Virus record (IMG/VR): IMGVR_UViG_3300044723_002159
Span: 1-35,617 of that record
Origin: a virus
Taxonomy: Duplodnaviria; Caudoviricetes
DNA: 35,617 nucleotides
Strand: one strand, 5' to 3'
Shown: one piece after another, positions 26,101 to 35,433 of the stretch
Layout of the letters: every line of letters starts with the position of its first letter
Numbering within the stretch: the stretch's first letter is position 1
Translations under genes and position numbers: made by a program
Notes under the pieces: model-generated
The model's input: the letters and a program-made list of their open reading frames with translations, nothing else
Told to the model about the DNA's origin: nothing
Databases searched by the model: none

Positions 26101-27486
26101 AATGTATCATTTGGTTTTGAGGATTACCAAGTATTAAGAGAAGCAACTACACCTGATGCATTACAAACTACATTAGATGAATTTAGAAACCAACCAAGGC
26201 GACCAAGAGTTAGCAACACAGATGTATCACCACAACCTTTTTATACAAAGATGGTGTTTGAAGATATTAGAGCAGGTGTAACTAATAACATAAATGATGT
26301 AATTAATTTGTTAAGTGATTTAGTAGATAACAAAACTACTGGTGCATTTAGTTTAAATATTTATAAAGATACTTATTCAAGACGAGTTGGTGAAATTTTT
26401 AAAAGACATGGACAACCAATAAAATTTGTTCCTTTTCCTTTTGAAGAAGATAATTTTGTTGTTAAAGGTAATCGCATACCTGATGATTTATTTATAGGAG
26501 ATGCAACATTAGTAGCACCACATCAAGATTTTATGAATGGTGTAATACTTGAATCATTACAAAATCCACAAGTAGATAGAGGTGGATTATTTCATGTATT
26601 AGGAAATCAAGTTATTGACAGTGCAAACAATGGTCAAGTTGTGCGACATTATGATGTAGCAGCAGAAACATTTGTTCCAATAGTAGAAGATGATAACTTA
26701 CCACGTATACGTGCAAACTATAGTTTAGGAACAGACATAGGTGATGGTGGTGCTGACTTTGTAGGTAGTGCATTTAATCCTGATAGAACACCAGTTGGTT
26801 CTAAACCTGACCCCATGACACTACGTAAAATTGCTAGAAGTTTTGCAAAAACAAAGACTGGTAAGACACTAGGACTAGCTTGGAAAACAATAGACATAGG
26901 TGAAACATTAATTGCTAAAGGTTTTGCACAAGCACAGAAAGCTGCAGCAGCAGCAGGTGCAGCGACATTAGGTGGTGCAGCAGCGTTTGCAGCTACATTA
27001 TGGGCAGTGTATGAAATATCTAACCTTATAATTGCAGCAGGACAACAGATACCTGAATTAAGAAATGTTATAGCAAAACGAAATGAAATACTTGCTAATG
27101 GTGAAGAGTGGGAAAAACAAATTGTAGAAGAAACATTTTGGCAAGACTATGGTCCACAGATAATTGAAGCATTACAACGTGCAGGAGATAGGTCACCATC
27201 AGAATTATTATCAGATAAAATATGGAGTTTTACTTTAGATAATCTACGCAGACAATCAGAGGGTGAAGTATTTGAAGATGCGTTAATAGACACAAGCGAA
27301 GATTTGGACATAAGAGATGACATATATCGTGCAAGAGTACCTAACGACTATAAATTAGAGCAAATGCAAAACAACATTGATTATGATAAAGTATTAACAG
27401 GATATTATAACAATAGACCTGAAGCTAATGTAATAGCAAATAGGACATTACAACTAGCTAATGATGTTTATAATAGGGATAGATAA
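23119..27486 (+). CDS. 1455-aa multi-domain virion protein with a GNAT-like motif and a C-terminal hydrophobic segment
   Basis: PINGQVANLYQKGGF resembles GNAT motif B; AAAAAGAATLGGAAAFAATLWAVY near the C-terminus. Confidence 0.55.
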   Translation: MNLNEFITLVFNGLARYISDNTDLNYNDLSDSQLESVRNQIRNTIRETADTYDSNNFPRAVRSNIAADLADLADSAGIDLPPNFSTNFEDRLGQISDERITQFYLVDDVIEQATETTQAEPVVDMDTRVQELMDNSSSVREKTIRQMVDDIAREENFTNRAGLIENVTVEDSIFFGEDKKIVIEIVNTDTEVDNIINRVIDGVEGDDFVVEVVTYDDVDSVHLKNARQFGVNDIEYNLDQKAVEFKTSTHYFPKSNEEMQELLSGYLKQKENTIVYRSETQRTQRLYPDGPLITTNQTGHKGFNTHLRINVRGNEVQSVLDTSKIKAVMVAGNKSGGTAGDMSPVFKGGIGKYFKKLGRKAEGERFQAIANKPGYTIGYVFVSPNGYEHIVSFVHSDVSSYRVHSNDIDYSSDWKKANIQTNFFTFHPAVVDGYYPNIYDGTFSKKKFLIQMKVNEWFQGMLHLADLDGVTIDQSPINGQVANLYQKGGFIWTDELHLYNDRLAPFDGSGGMIRLPSGNRNVIDGWKAELNTKPEWQVINSESTIVNTRWSSPDQVTMVAKKRKYSPGDLKYSERHRALVSLSQLNYENLRPHQIRAANEAIFRISGLYGFNPSKLLEYYESTDNRAEAKYLLPKTELSNIITKLPNETNPKFLAETILNSTHLEEITGLDVDLLSDQEKDIINYKEKIFLETSDTGELSSKSSYKLFESFLDNISPSVLNKFNITLATDITDIEERNKIYLDDFEDAQQQLQEAAQTPERDRFTNRVQTEEGLRSYSFESIRQLYNENVGNYEGFYGQLRQTLADNPQLMDDDFGLHVVDSDHVSTYLVDDDALVAPILEQSNNRSFITDEARHIFTRNLQALLEKENNTLLTSDINFVGSRDGIYYIEVGTVQERVNDVGDLVFHKEYTTYSLDRSRDGTNIRLRNVLSTSSTEPTHAISNALALMFTEYDVPLDYSLTGGLLDKIHPSGTIGYQMGIVNSRDAGTVNRSRGNVSFGFEDYQVLREATTPDALQTTLDEFRNQPRRPRVSNTDVSPQPFYTKMVFEDIRAGVTNNINDVINLLSDLVDNKTTGAFSLNIYKDTYSRRVGEIFKRHGQPIKFVPFPFEEDNFVVKGNRIPDDLFIGDATLVAPHQDFMNGVILESLQNPQVDRGGLFHVLGNQVIDSANNGQVVRHYDVAAETFVPIVEDDNLPRIRANYSLGTDIGDGGADFVGSAFNPDRTPVGSKPDPMTLRKIARSFAKTKTGKTLGLAWKTIDIGETLIAKGFAQAQKAAAAAGAATLGGAAAFAATLWAVYEISNLIIAAGQQIPELRNVIAKRNEILANGEEWEKQIVEETFWQDYGPQIIEALQRAGDRSPSELLSDKIWSFTLDNLRRQSEGEVFEDALIDTSEDLDIRDDIYRARVPNDYKLEQMQNNIDYDKVLTGYYNNRPEANVIANRTLQLANDVYNRDR

Positions 27487-28703
27487 TGGCAATATTTAAA
27501 GAAGGCAGCTTACTACAAACACCTGATGAATTAATAGTCGTAAATGGTGAATACTATGCTGTATATAATTACACTGCATCTAGTGGTGCAACTATGCCAT
27601 TAGTGGTAGATATTGATTTACCTGAAAGTTTTGCAGAAGGTGCATTAGCACAAGCAACAGAATACACATTTGAATCATTTGCAGACAATTATGGTTATGC
27701 ATTTTTTCCTATGTTTAATTTATCAGACCTTAAAGTTGTTGACCCTAAAAATCCTAAGACAGATATAGATTGGTTGCTAGAAAATGTAGAGAATGACTTA
27801 CAAAAGAAAGCAACAATATTTGGTAAGACTTGGTATTTAGATGATGAAGTACAGCAGTTGTTTGCATATGGTGCTATTACTGGTGAGGATATATCACCAT
27901 ACCTAGAAAACCTTACATGGTTTAAAGACCATACACCTGAACAAAGAAACTGGATAGAGCTTGTATATACTAATCCAACAAAAGCAGGTAAGTTAGTAAA
28001 AGATAATTACACAGCACTTAAATTACAAATTACACAAATGGGTATATCAGGTGAAGGTGTAGATGATTTAGTAAGAGAACTTGCATCAGATATAGCACAA
28101 GGTAACTTGACTACTGCAGAAGCAGCACAGACTATATCTTATCTTATTGACCCATACAGATTAGCTATGGCAGGTGGTGCAAGTGCTATGAACCAGGAAT
28201 ACACAAAATACACAGATAGAATAAATGCTACACAGAGTGGTGTTGCAGATGCTAAAAATTTAGTTACACAATATTTAGGTTTAGATTCTGCAATAGCATT
28301 TGAAGGTAATGGTGTTATAGAAAAGTATGCTGCACTTCTTAGAGCAGATGCTGCACAAGGTGAAGGTGTTACTACAAACAGAGAAACAATTATAAATCAG
28401 TTGCAGAATGCACACGATACAATGTTTCCTAATTATGCAGGAAGTCAACACGCATTATGGTCTGCACCATTGTATAGAACATTCCAAACAATAACTGGTA
28501 AAGCTGCGTTATCTAATCAAGATAAGAAAAACGTAGACATTATATCACAAAAGGTTGGTGGAGATATGACATTGTTTGCAGGAGAGATTAGAAAGACTTA
28601 TGAGAATGACCCTACATATCAAGATAAAGTATTAGGGGATATGACTAATGTATTTAAACAAGATGTATCAGGTGTATTTACAGGACAAAGTTTGGTAGGT
28701 TAA
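27486..28703 (+). CDS. putative internal virion protein
   Basis: 405-aa coupled ORF in the structural block. Confidence 0.55.
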   Translation: MAIFKEGSLLQTPDELIVVNGEYYAVYNYTASSGATMPLVVDIDLPESFAEGALAQATEYTFESFADNYGYAFFPMFNLSDLKVVDPKNPKTDIDWLLENVENDLQKKATIFGKTWYLDDEVQQLFAYGAITGEDISPYLENLTWFKDHTPEQRNWIELVYTNPTKAGKLVKDNYTALKLQITQMGISGEGVDDLVRELASDIAQGNLTTAEAAQTISYLIDPYRLAMAGGASAMNQEYTKYTDRINATQSGVADAKNLVTQYLGLDSAIAFEGNGVIEKYAALLRADAAQGEGVTTNRETIINQLQNAHDTMFPNYAGSQHALWSAPLYRTFQTITGKAALSNQDKKNVDIISQKVGGDMTLFAGEIRKTYENDPTYQDKVLGDMTNVFKQDVSGVFTGQSLVG

Positions 28704-28705
28704 TT

Positions 28706-29983
28706 ATGGATATGACTACAGAAGAGATAAAAGCGTTACAAAGAGAACTAGGTGTTACTCCTGATGGAATTATTGGACCTATAACTAGAGCTGCTGCAGA
28801 AGCAAAGATAGCAGGGTCTAGGTCTATAGCAGAAGCCACTGCATTATCAGAACAGTTTGGTTCTGTAGCAAACACTGAAGGACTTGTAAGAGGTAGTGAT
28901 ACTGTAGATGTTACAACTGAACCTGAAGAATCTGATGATGAAGAAGAAGTTACAGAGGATATAGAAGAAGAATTTACACCATTTTATTTATACAACGAAA
29001 ATGGTGTAGCAATATTAGTTAATAGTGCTGACCAAGAATCTATATACAGAGGTCAAGGTTTTACATTAACATCACCACCAAGTGGTGAAGGTGGTGGCGT
29101 AGATACAGATACTTTATCTGACATACTTGGTACATATGCACAACAACAACAAGTACAAGAAGTTGCACAAACAGGTGCATCTACATACGAACAAGCTAAA
29201 GGTTTATTTCCTTATTTAGATGACAGACTTATTAGATTGTATTTAGATAAGTATGCAGAATCAGGTAATGAACGTTTAGCTTTAGCAGAGATGAGAGCAG
29301 ACCCTGTTATGGCAGAAGTATATCCTGGCATTAAGAGAACAGATGGAACTCTTAGAATGACAGAACAAGAATATGTTGCTGCTATAGACAATATGAAAGC
29401 TAGTTTGCGTAACTACAACTTAAATCCTAATGAGTTTGAAGATGACATAGTAGGTGCAATTAGTGGTGATGTATCTCCATTAGAATTTAGACAGAGATTA
29501 GATGCAGGTTACGAAGGTGTTGTTAATAATATTCCACAAGTAAAAGAAGCATACCTACAAAACTTCGGTGTAGATTTACCTGATGAATCTATATTTGCTA
29601 TGTTTGTATCACCTAATGTAGCTACAAAAATATTAGAAGGAAACATTAGAGCATCACAAGTTATAGGTGAAGCAGAATCTGCAGGATTTGGTGTAAATAA
29701 ATTAGTAGCACAGTCGTTAGTACAGCAAGGATTAACACAGGAAGGTGCTAGAAAAGGATTTGGTCAAGCACAACTTAGTCTTAGAGGAATACAAGGTGCT
29801 GCTGCTAGACAAGGCAGACAAGATATTACAGCTACAGAATATGTAGAAGCTACACAACTAGGTGCTGCACAAGAATTACAACGTTTACAAAATGTATTAC
29901 AACAAGTAGAAACTGAAAGTTCTGCAATACTTGGTGCAGTACGTACACAACAAGGTGCTGTTACAGGACTAGAAGAAGCATAA
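28706..29983 (+). CDS. virion protein with an N-terminal peptidoglycan-binding (PG_binding_1-like) motif
   Basis: EEIKALQRELGVTPDGIIGPITRAA. Confidence 0.65.
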   Translation: MDMTTEEIKALQRELGVTPDGIIGPITRAAAEAKIAGSRSIAEATALSEQFGSVANTEGLVRGSDTVDVTTEPEESDDEEEVTEDIEEEFTPFYLYNENGVAILVNSADQESIYRGQGFTLTSPPSGEGGGVDTDTLSDILGTYAQQQQVQEVAQTGASTYEQAKGLFPYLDDRLIRLYLDKYAESGNERLALAEMRADPVMAEVYPGIKRTDGTLRMTEQEYVAAIDNMKASLRNYNLNPNEFEDDIVGAISGDVSPLEFRQRLDAGYEGVVNNIPQVKEAYLQNFGVDLPDESIFAMFVSPNVATKILEGNIRASQVIGEAESAGFGVNKLVAQSLVQQGLTQEGARKGFGQAQLSLRGIQGAAARQGRQDITATEYVEATQLGAAQELQRLQNVLQQVETESSAILGAVRTQQGAVTGLEEA

Positions 29984-30031
29984 TACAATATCTAGTATAT
30001 ATACTTGCACAACCACAATATATGGTATAAT
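29983..30031 (+). promoter_or_regulatory. scaffold/capsid promoter overlapped by tandem NrdR-box-like sites
   Basis: ATACAATATCTAGTAT (29983-29998) and CCACAATATATGGTAT (30013-30028); TG-G-TATAAT at 30023-30031. Confidence 0.65.
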
Positions 30032-30050
30032 CAAATCAAGCTGCGTTTGT

Positions 30051-30185
30051 AAGTCTGCAGGATAATATGACTTCAATTTTGTAATCGGTCTTGATGCCTA
30101 CTGACAAGACCTGTCAAATAAAAACAGTAGTGTAAGACTAAAAAGCAGTGGTTACTTATACACCACTTGTAAAAATATCGTATAA
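30051..30185 (+). ncRNA. structured 5' leader with two predicted H-type pseudoknots
   Basis: GGTCTTG/CAAGACC with loop CTACTG pairing to CAGTAG; AGTGGT/ACCACT with loop TTATAC pairing to GTATAA. Confidence 0.6.
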
Positions 30186-30188
30186 AGA

Positions 30189-30653
30189 ATGGACAATAGA
30201 ATAATGACAGAAGAACTAAACAACTCTGACACTGGCGAAAAGAACTGGAAAGAGATGAGAGAAAAACTTAATCTCTACGAAGCGAAAATCGCAGAATTTG
30301 AAGGTAAAGAAAGACAAGAAGTTTTTAACAAAGCAGGTCTTGACACTACTAAAGGTGTTGGAAAAGCAGTTGAGATGATGTACGAAGGTGATATGACTGT
30401 TGAAGGAATACAGCAATACGCATCAGAAGAATTTGGGGTTGAGTTTGGGAATCAAGACAGATTACAAGATACTGTACAAGCTACAGAACAAAGTCAGGAT
30501 AGACTAAACAATATACAGCAAAATTCAGTTGTAGATTTATACAACACAGATGTAGTATCGCAAGTTCGTGAAATAGAAAAATCAGGAAATGTACGAAATT
30601 CAATAGCTGCCAAGTTATCTGTTATAGAGGAAGCGAAGAAAAACTCTAAATAG
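30189..30653 (+). CDS. capsid scaffolding protein (alternative start 30204)
   Basis: Acidic coiled-coil protein immediately upstream of the major capsid gene. Confidence 0.7.
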   Translation: MDNRIMTEELNNSDTGEKNWKEMREKLNLYEAKIAEFEGKERQEVFNKAGLDTTKGVGKAVEMMYEGDMTVEGIQQYASEEFGVEFGNQDRLQDTVQATEQSQDRLNNIQQNSVVDLYNTDVVSQVREIEKSGNVRNSIAAKLSVIEEAKKNSK

Positions 30654-30708
30654 ATTTTCTAAACTTCTTCAAACAATTTAGACAATTAACTTATAGGAGA
30701 AGTAAAAA

Positions 30709-31827
30709 ATGGCAAATATTTCGTTAACTAACAATACGATTTATGCACAAAACATTAATAACTTTACTGGTGAGTTGTTTAAAGTTGGTGGTCAAAGAAC
30801 ACCTTTATTGTCAGCAGTTGGTGGTTTGAATGGTGGTAAAGTATTAAACTCTACATTTTGGCAAGTCCAAGTAGAAGATAATGCAACCATTTCTTCAGAA
30901 CCAACTAAAGGACAAGAAGGTAGCACACCTACAGAATATCTTGGAAGAGATAGAGCTGCATATACTTATGTAACACAAATCTTCCATAAAGGTGTACAAA
31001 TGACCTACACAGCTTTAGCATCCACAGGTAATCAAAATCCTTTTGCTTTGTCAGCAGATATCGCTAATCAATCAGATGGCGATGGAACTGTTACAGCAGC
31101 AAACGAATTAGGATTATTTGGTGGTAACCCAGTAAATGATGAATTTGCATTACAGCTTGAAAAAGCTATGGAAAAAGTGGCAAGAGAAGTTGAGTGGTTC
31201 GCATTCAATGGTTCTTTCTCAGATGGTGCTAATGTCACCCCTGGGTCAGGAACAAGAGAAATGTATGGTATTGATGTATGGATTACATTAAACAAGAACT
31301 CTTCAAACTCTGCAGCAGTAAACGCATTAGGTGGTAACTGCTACTACAACGACACAGTGGGTGATGGAACTGGTTCAACACAAGTCATCAGTTTCGCAAC
31401 TATTGCAGGTGCGTTAAAGAGGATGTATGACAACCATGCACCAATGAAACAACCTGTACTTTGTGTTAGCCCACAACAATTACTAGACCTTAACAATGAA
31501 CTTGTTAAAGGAACAGTTGATATAGCAGGTGCAATCATTCCTAGAGATAGAAATGTTGCAGGAATTGACATTGATACAGTCATTACACCATTTGGTTCAA
31601 TAGGACTAATGGTTATTGACCCTGATATCATGCCAGCTAACACTGCTTTCATCTTAGACCTAGCTTACATACAACCAGTATTCACCAATATCCCAGGATA
31701 TGGTACTGTGTTTGTTCGTGACCTAGACCAAGATGCAAACGCTAGAATTGGTAAAGCAATTTATATGGAGATGGGATTTGAATTTGGTCCTCCTTCATAC
31801 CATTGTAAAATTCAAGCAGTATCATAA
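30709..31827 (+). CDS. major capsid protein (DUF5309/SU10-like, HK97 fold)
   Basis: 372 aa; TPLLSA, QIFHKGVQMT, REVEW and TPFGSI motifs; AGGAG RBS; downstream terminator. Confidence 0.85.
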   Translation: MANISLTNNTIYAQNINNFTGELFKVGGQRTPLLSAVGGLNGGKVLNSTFWQVQVEDNATISSEPTKGQEGSTPTEYLGRDRAAYTYVTQIFHKGVQMTYTALASTGNQNPFALSADIANQSDGDGTVTAANELGLFGGNPVNDEFALQLEKAMEKVAREVEWFAFNGSFSDGANVTPGSGTREMYGIDVWITLNKNSSNSAAVNALGGNCYYNDTVGDGTGSTQVISFATIAGALKRMYDNHAPMKQPVLCVSPQQLLDLNNELVKGTVDIAGAIIPRDRNVAGIDIDTVITPFGSIGLMVIDPDIMPANTAFILDLAYIQPVFTNIPGYGTVFVRDLDQDANARIGKAIYMEMGFEFGPPSYHCKIQAVS

Positions 31828-31843
31828 ATTAAAATTGAAGATT

Positions 31844-31873
31844 AGGGTGGAACTCCACCTCCACCCTTTTCTT
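31844..31873 (+). terminator. intrinsic terminator after the capsid gene
   Basis: AGGGTGGA/TCCACCCT stem followed by TTTCTT. Confidence 0.75.
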
Positions 31874-31892
31874 CTGCTATAGTGAGGAAAGT

Positions 31893-32222
31893 ATGATTAG
31901 TAAACAAGCATTAATAGATGTTTCAGAAGATGCAAGTAATTCATTAGGTGTAAAAACAGATGGAATGCTACTTTGTGGTGTTCAGTTTCCTGCAGCTATG
32001 ACAGGTTCTGCAATCACATTTGATTTTTCATTAGACAACTCTACATGGGTAGATGTTAAAGAAACAGATGGAACTGATGTAAGTTATACAGTTTCAGCAG
32101 GAGATGTAGTAAGAGTTGACCCTTCAGGTTGGGCTTTTGCTAGTAATGGATATATCAGAGTTACATCTGATGGAACAGAAGCAGCAGACAGAAGTATAAT
32201 ATTACACTTTAGACATAGTTAG
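31893..32222 (+). CDS. small beta-rich virion structural protein
   Basis: Follows the capsid gene; preceded by TG-C-TATAGT and GAGG. Confidence 0.65.
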   Translation: MISKQALIDVSEDASNSLGVKTDGMLLCGVQFPAAMTGSAITFDFSLDNSTWVDVKETDGTDVSYTVSAGDVVRVDPSGWAFASNGYIRVTSDGTEAADRSIILHFRHS

Positions 32223-32231
32223 GAGATATAC

Positions 32232-32417
32232 ATGAGTATGCTCTTAATACTTAAAGAGGGAAGAAATCTTGATATAGAGAGTATTCCTGACCAACCACTA
32301 GAACCTTCATTTCCAATAGTCAATCCTAATGACACAGCAAATGATGGATGGTTTGCTTATGGTGCGTTTGGACAAGCAATTTTTGCAAAAAATTTAGTTG
32401 AACAAGGTGCAGCGTAA
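32232..32417 (+). CDS. hypothetical protein
   Basis: AGGAG RBS; TAATG coupling. Confidence 0.65.
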   Translation: MSMLLILKEGRNLDIESIPDQPLEPSFPIVNPNDTANDGWFAYGAFGQAIFAKNLVEQGAA

Positions 32418-33442
32418 TGAGTGCTAATATCGGTGAATTAGTAGATAGAATTTATAGGGAGTATTTAGAACCTATGGATGACCTACAACCATATACATTA
32501 TTACAAACTATTGCACCTGCATCAGATGGTATAAACAGCACAGACACAACACTACAATTTGATGGAACATTATTGACACAAGAAGAAGAAGATGTAATGG
32601 AAGCAGGTTCTATTATAGAAATAGGAAGAGAACTTTTGTTATGTAAAGAATTAGATACTGTTAACGATAAAGTTACAGTTGTAAGAGGCGTAAGAGGAAC
32701 TACAGCAGCAGCACATAGTGAAGGTGCAATAGTTAAAATAGCACCACCATTTCCTAGGCAAGTTGTTTATGATGCAGTTGTTGACCAAATTAATAATTTA
32801 TTTCCAACATTATTTGCAGTAGAAACACAGAGTGTACAAAGTTCTAATGGATATACACTACTAGGAACATACGATAGTCCTGGAACAAATAATTATTTAG
32901 TATCTGTATTAAAAGCAATATCACAATTTACAGACTTTTCTGCAGGTTCAGACCAAACAGGTGTTGTATTTAATCCTGTATCTGTACAAATGATACAACT
33001 ACCTAATCCATTTACTTATGTAGATGACACTGCAACAGAGAGAACAATAACTTACACAACAGGACCTAATCAAGTAAACGCATTACAGTTTTTTAACATT
33101 GACCAAGGTCATACTTGTTATGTAACATTTAAAAAGAAATTTGTAGAACCTACTGCAGAAACAGACACACTTGCGACTATTGGTTTAGAAGATGAATATG
33201 AACCTATTGTTATGGCAGGTGTTGCTGCACAAATGATGTCAAGTAGAGATATACCTACAGCTACAGCAGATTACATAACAGACCAATTAGCAGTATCTAA
33301 CTTCCCTGTTGGTTCTGCTAACAGTATTAGAAACTCTTTGTTACAGTATCAACAATTACTTATTACACAAGCTAGAAAATATTTAAGAGCTAAATATCCT
33401 GAAGCTGTAGAAATAAATGGTGTTAACGCAGGGGTACAATAG
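32417..33442 (+). CDS. tail adaptor (tail tubular protein A-like)
   Basis: Gene position; VRGVRGTTAAAHS motif; helical termini typical of podovirus adaptors. Confidence 0.55.
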   Translation: MSANIGELVDRIYREYLEPMDDLQPYTLLQTIAPASDGINSTDTTLQFDGTLLTQEEEDVMEAGSIIEIGRELLLCKELDTVNDKVTVVRGVRGTTAAAHSEGAIVKIAPPFPRQVVYDAVVDQINNLFPTLFAVETQSVQSSNGYTLLGTYDSPGTNNYLVSVLKAISQFTDFSAGSDQTGVVFNPVSVQMIQLPNPFTYVDDTATERTITYTTGPNQVNALQFFNIDQGHTCYVTFKKKFVEPTAETDTLATIGLEDEYEPIVMAGVAAQMMSSRDIPTATADYITDQLAVSNFPVGSANSIRNSLLQYQQLLITQARKYLRAKYPEAVEINGVNAGVQ

Positions 33443-35409
33443 TGCCTAGAGTTACAACCACTGCAGAAGTATCTAACCCTAGAAGAAAAGGTTATGATTT
33501 TAGATTAGACAATCAGTTGTTCAGAGCAGCTATTGGACCTGGTAGAGAATTACAAATACAATCTTCTGATGTTACAGATGGACAAGTTAATGTAAAACAA
33601 AATGCAGAGGACTTTACATCTAACTTAGGTCGTATATATTCAAGAAATAATTTTGAAGGTGGTGAAGGTTTAGATAAAGCACATAGGGCAAATGGTAGTC
33701 CTAAAGATACAACTAGATTTTTTGATAGCAAAGGTATAGATGTTTTCCATGGTGATACAGTTAGTTCTTATCACATACATTTGTTATATACAACAGTATC
33801 TAAATTAACTTTAAGTGGTTCAAATAACTATTTAGCACAAACTACTAATGGAGATATGTATGTAACTGATGGTACAACAATATACAAATCTACAGATGAT
33901 GGAGATAACTGGAGTGCAGTATCTACAGGACTTACAATCAATCACAACTTTACAGGTGCAGCAGCAGTAGGTGACCAAGTATATTTTACTACTGCTGATG
34001 GAACTACAGCATCAGAACTAATACAGTTTAATGGAACTACTTGGTCAGAAAACTCAACAGACCAATCATCTAACGCAGGACTTACAGGTGTATGGTTTGC
34101 AAAAGGTCAGTTGTTTATATCAGGAGATGATGGAACTGTGGAATACTTATGGGCAGTAAGTCCATTTAATAAAACTTGGTCATCATCTGATTTAGCAGAA
34201 GCTGATGCAATCGTTACATTTGAGGATAGCCACCATGTGTCACAAGTTGTAGATGCAGGTGCAGTTGTTTTAGCTGCCTCTACAAATGGTGATATATATT
34301 CTATAAAAGATGTGTCAGGAACTATGACACTTAAAGGTCAAACCAATATACCTTTTGAAGAAGTACATTCTATAGCTGCTGCTGAAGGTATTGTATTCTT
34401 TGGTACAAAAGAAAAAACAAGACAAGTGGGTAGATTTTATCGTGCAGACTTAACTGTAGCTGATGACTTGTATGTATTAGCTAACAGACAGTTAGTAAAA
34501 GAATGGGTTATAGATAGTGTAGATACCACACCTAAACACATGTTTGCATCAAGAGATAGTATTTATATGGGTATAAAAGAAAGTGGTAGTGAAAGTTACC
34601 TATGGAGATACTATTTACCTACTGCAGGATTTGCTAGAGATTTAGAAATGGGTGCAAGTGGATTAGTTACAGGTATTACACAAGCAGATGGTAAGTTTAT
34701 ATCAGTAGTAGCAGGTGCAGGTGTATTTCAAGAAAGTTCTACATTTGAGAGTGAAGGTTATCTTATAACATCTCCTGCAGATTTCTTTACTGCAGAAAGT
34801 AAACAGTATGTAGGTGTAGAAATAGAAACAGAAACTATGCAAAATTTAGATGAAGTAGAAGTATATGCAAGTACACAGTTTGAAGCAATAAACTCAGATA
34901 CAGATAGTAGTTGGGATTTAGTATTAGAACATAGGTCAGGTAGAGGTGGTATAGAAAACCAGTTAAATTTAGTTGATAGATTTATCATAGGTAAAATAGT
35001 TTTAAAATCTGCAGATGGTAGTACAAGTCCTAAATTAAATTCAATACAGTTTCGTGCATTAGCAAGACCTGAACTTGTAGTAGTACAGATACCAGTAAAT
35101 TTAAGTGACAGAGTAGAACGACCTTATAGAAAACCTATTAGGGTTAAGAATTTAGGTGAAACTATTTACCAACAATTAAAAACTAAAGAGGGTTCTGCTG
35201 TGACACTTGAATTGTTTGACCCATCAGAGGTCATACGAGGAGTAGTGGAACGAATAAGTTATCCTGTACAAAATAATCCAAACATTGGCAGCGTTACACA
35301 ATATGCTATACTAACTGTCAGAGGTACACGACAAGGTGCATTTGCCCCTGTTACTTCTGCTAACATATTTGGCGTAGGAGAATATGCTGTAATGAGGTTC
35401 GCAGGATAA
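33442..35409 (+). CDS. tail nozzle (tail tubular protein B-like, beta-propeller)
   Basis: 655 aa, beta-rich; BNR/Asp-box YKSTDDGDNWS; follows the adaptor. Confidence 0.6.
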   Translation: MPRVTTTAEVSNPRRKGYDFRLDNQLFRAAIGPGRELQIQSSDVTDGQVNVKQNAEDFTSNLGRIYSRNNFEGGEGLDKAHRANGSPKDTTRFFDSKGIDVFHGDTVSSYHIHLLYTTVSKLTLSGSNNYLAQTTNGDMYVTDGTTIYKSTDDGDNWSAVSTGLTINHNFTGAAAVGDQVYFTTADGTTASELIQFNGTTWSENSTDQSSNAGLTGVWFAKGQLFISGDDGTVEYLWAVSPFNKTWSSSDLAEADAIVTFEDSHHVSQVVDAGAVVLAASTNGDIYSIKDVSGTMTLKGQTNIPFEEVHSIAAAEGIVFFGTKEKTRQVGRFYRADLTVADDLYVLANRQLVKEWVIDSVDTTPKHMFASRDSIYMGIKESGSESYLWRYYLPTAGFARDLEMGASGLVTGITQADGKFISVVAGAGVFQESSTFESEGYLITSPADFFTAESKQYVGVEIETETMQNLDEVEVYASTQFEAINSDTDSSWDLVLEHRSGRGGIENQLNLVDRFIIGKIVLKSADGSTSPKLNSIQFRALARPELVVVQIPVNLSDRVERPYRKPIRVKNLGETIYQQLKTKEGSAVTLELFDPSEVIRGVVERISYPVQNNPNIGSVTQYAILTVRGTRQGAFAPVTSANIFGVGEYAVMRFAG

Positions 35410-35433
35410 AAATTATGTGTATAATGGAGAAAT

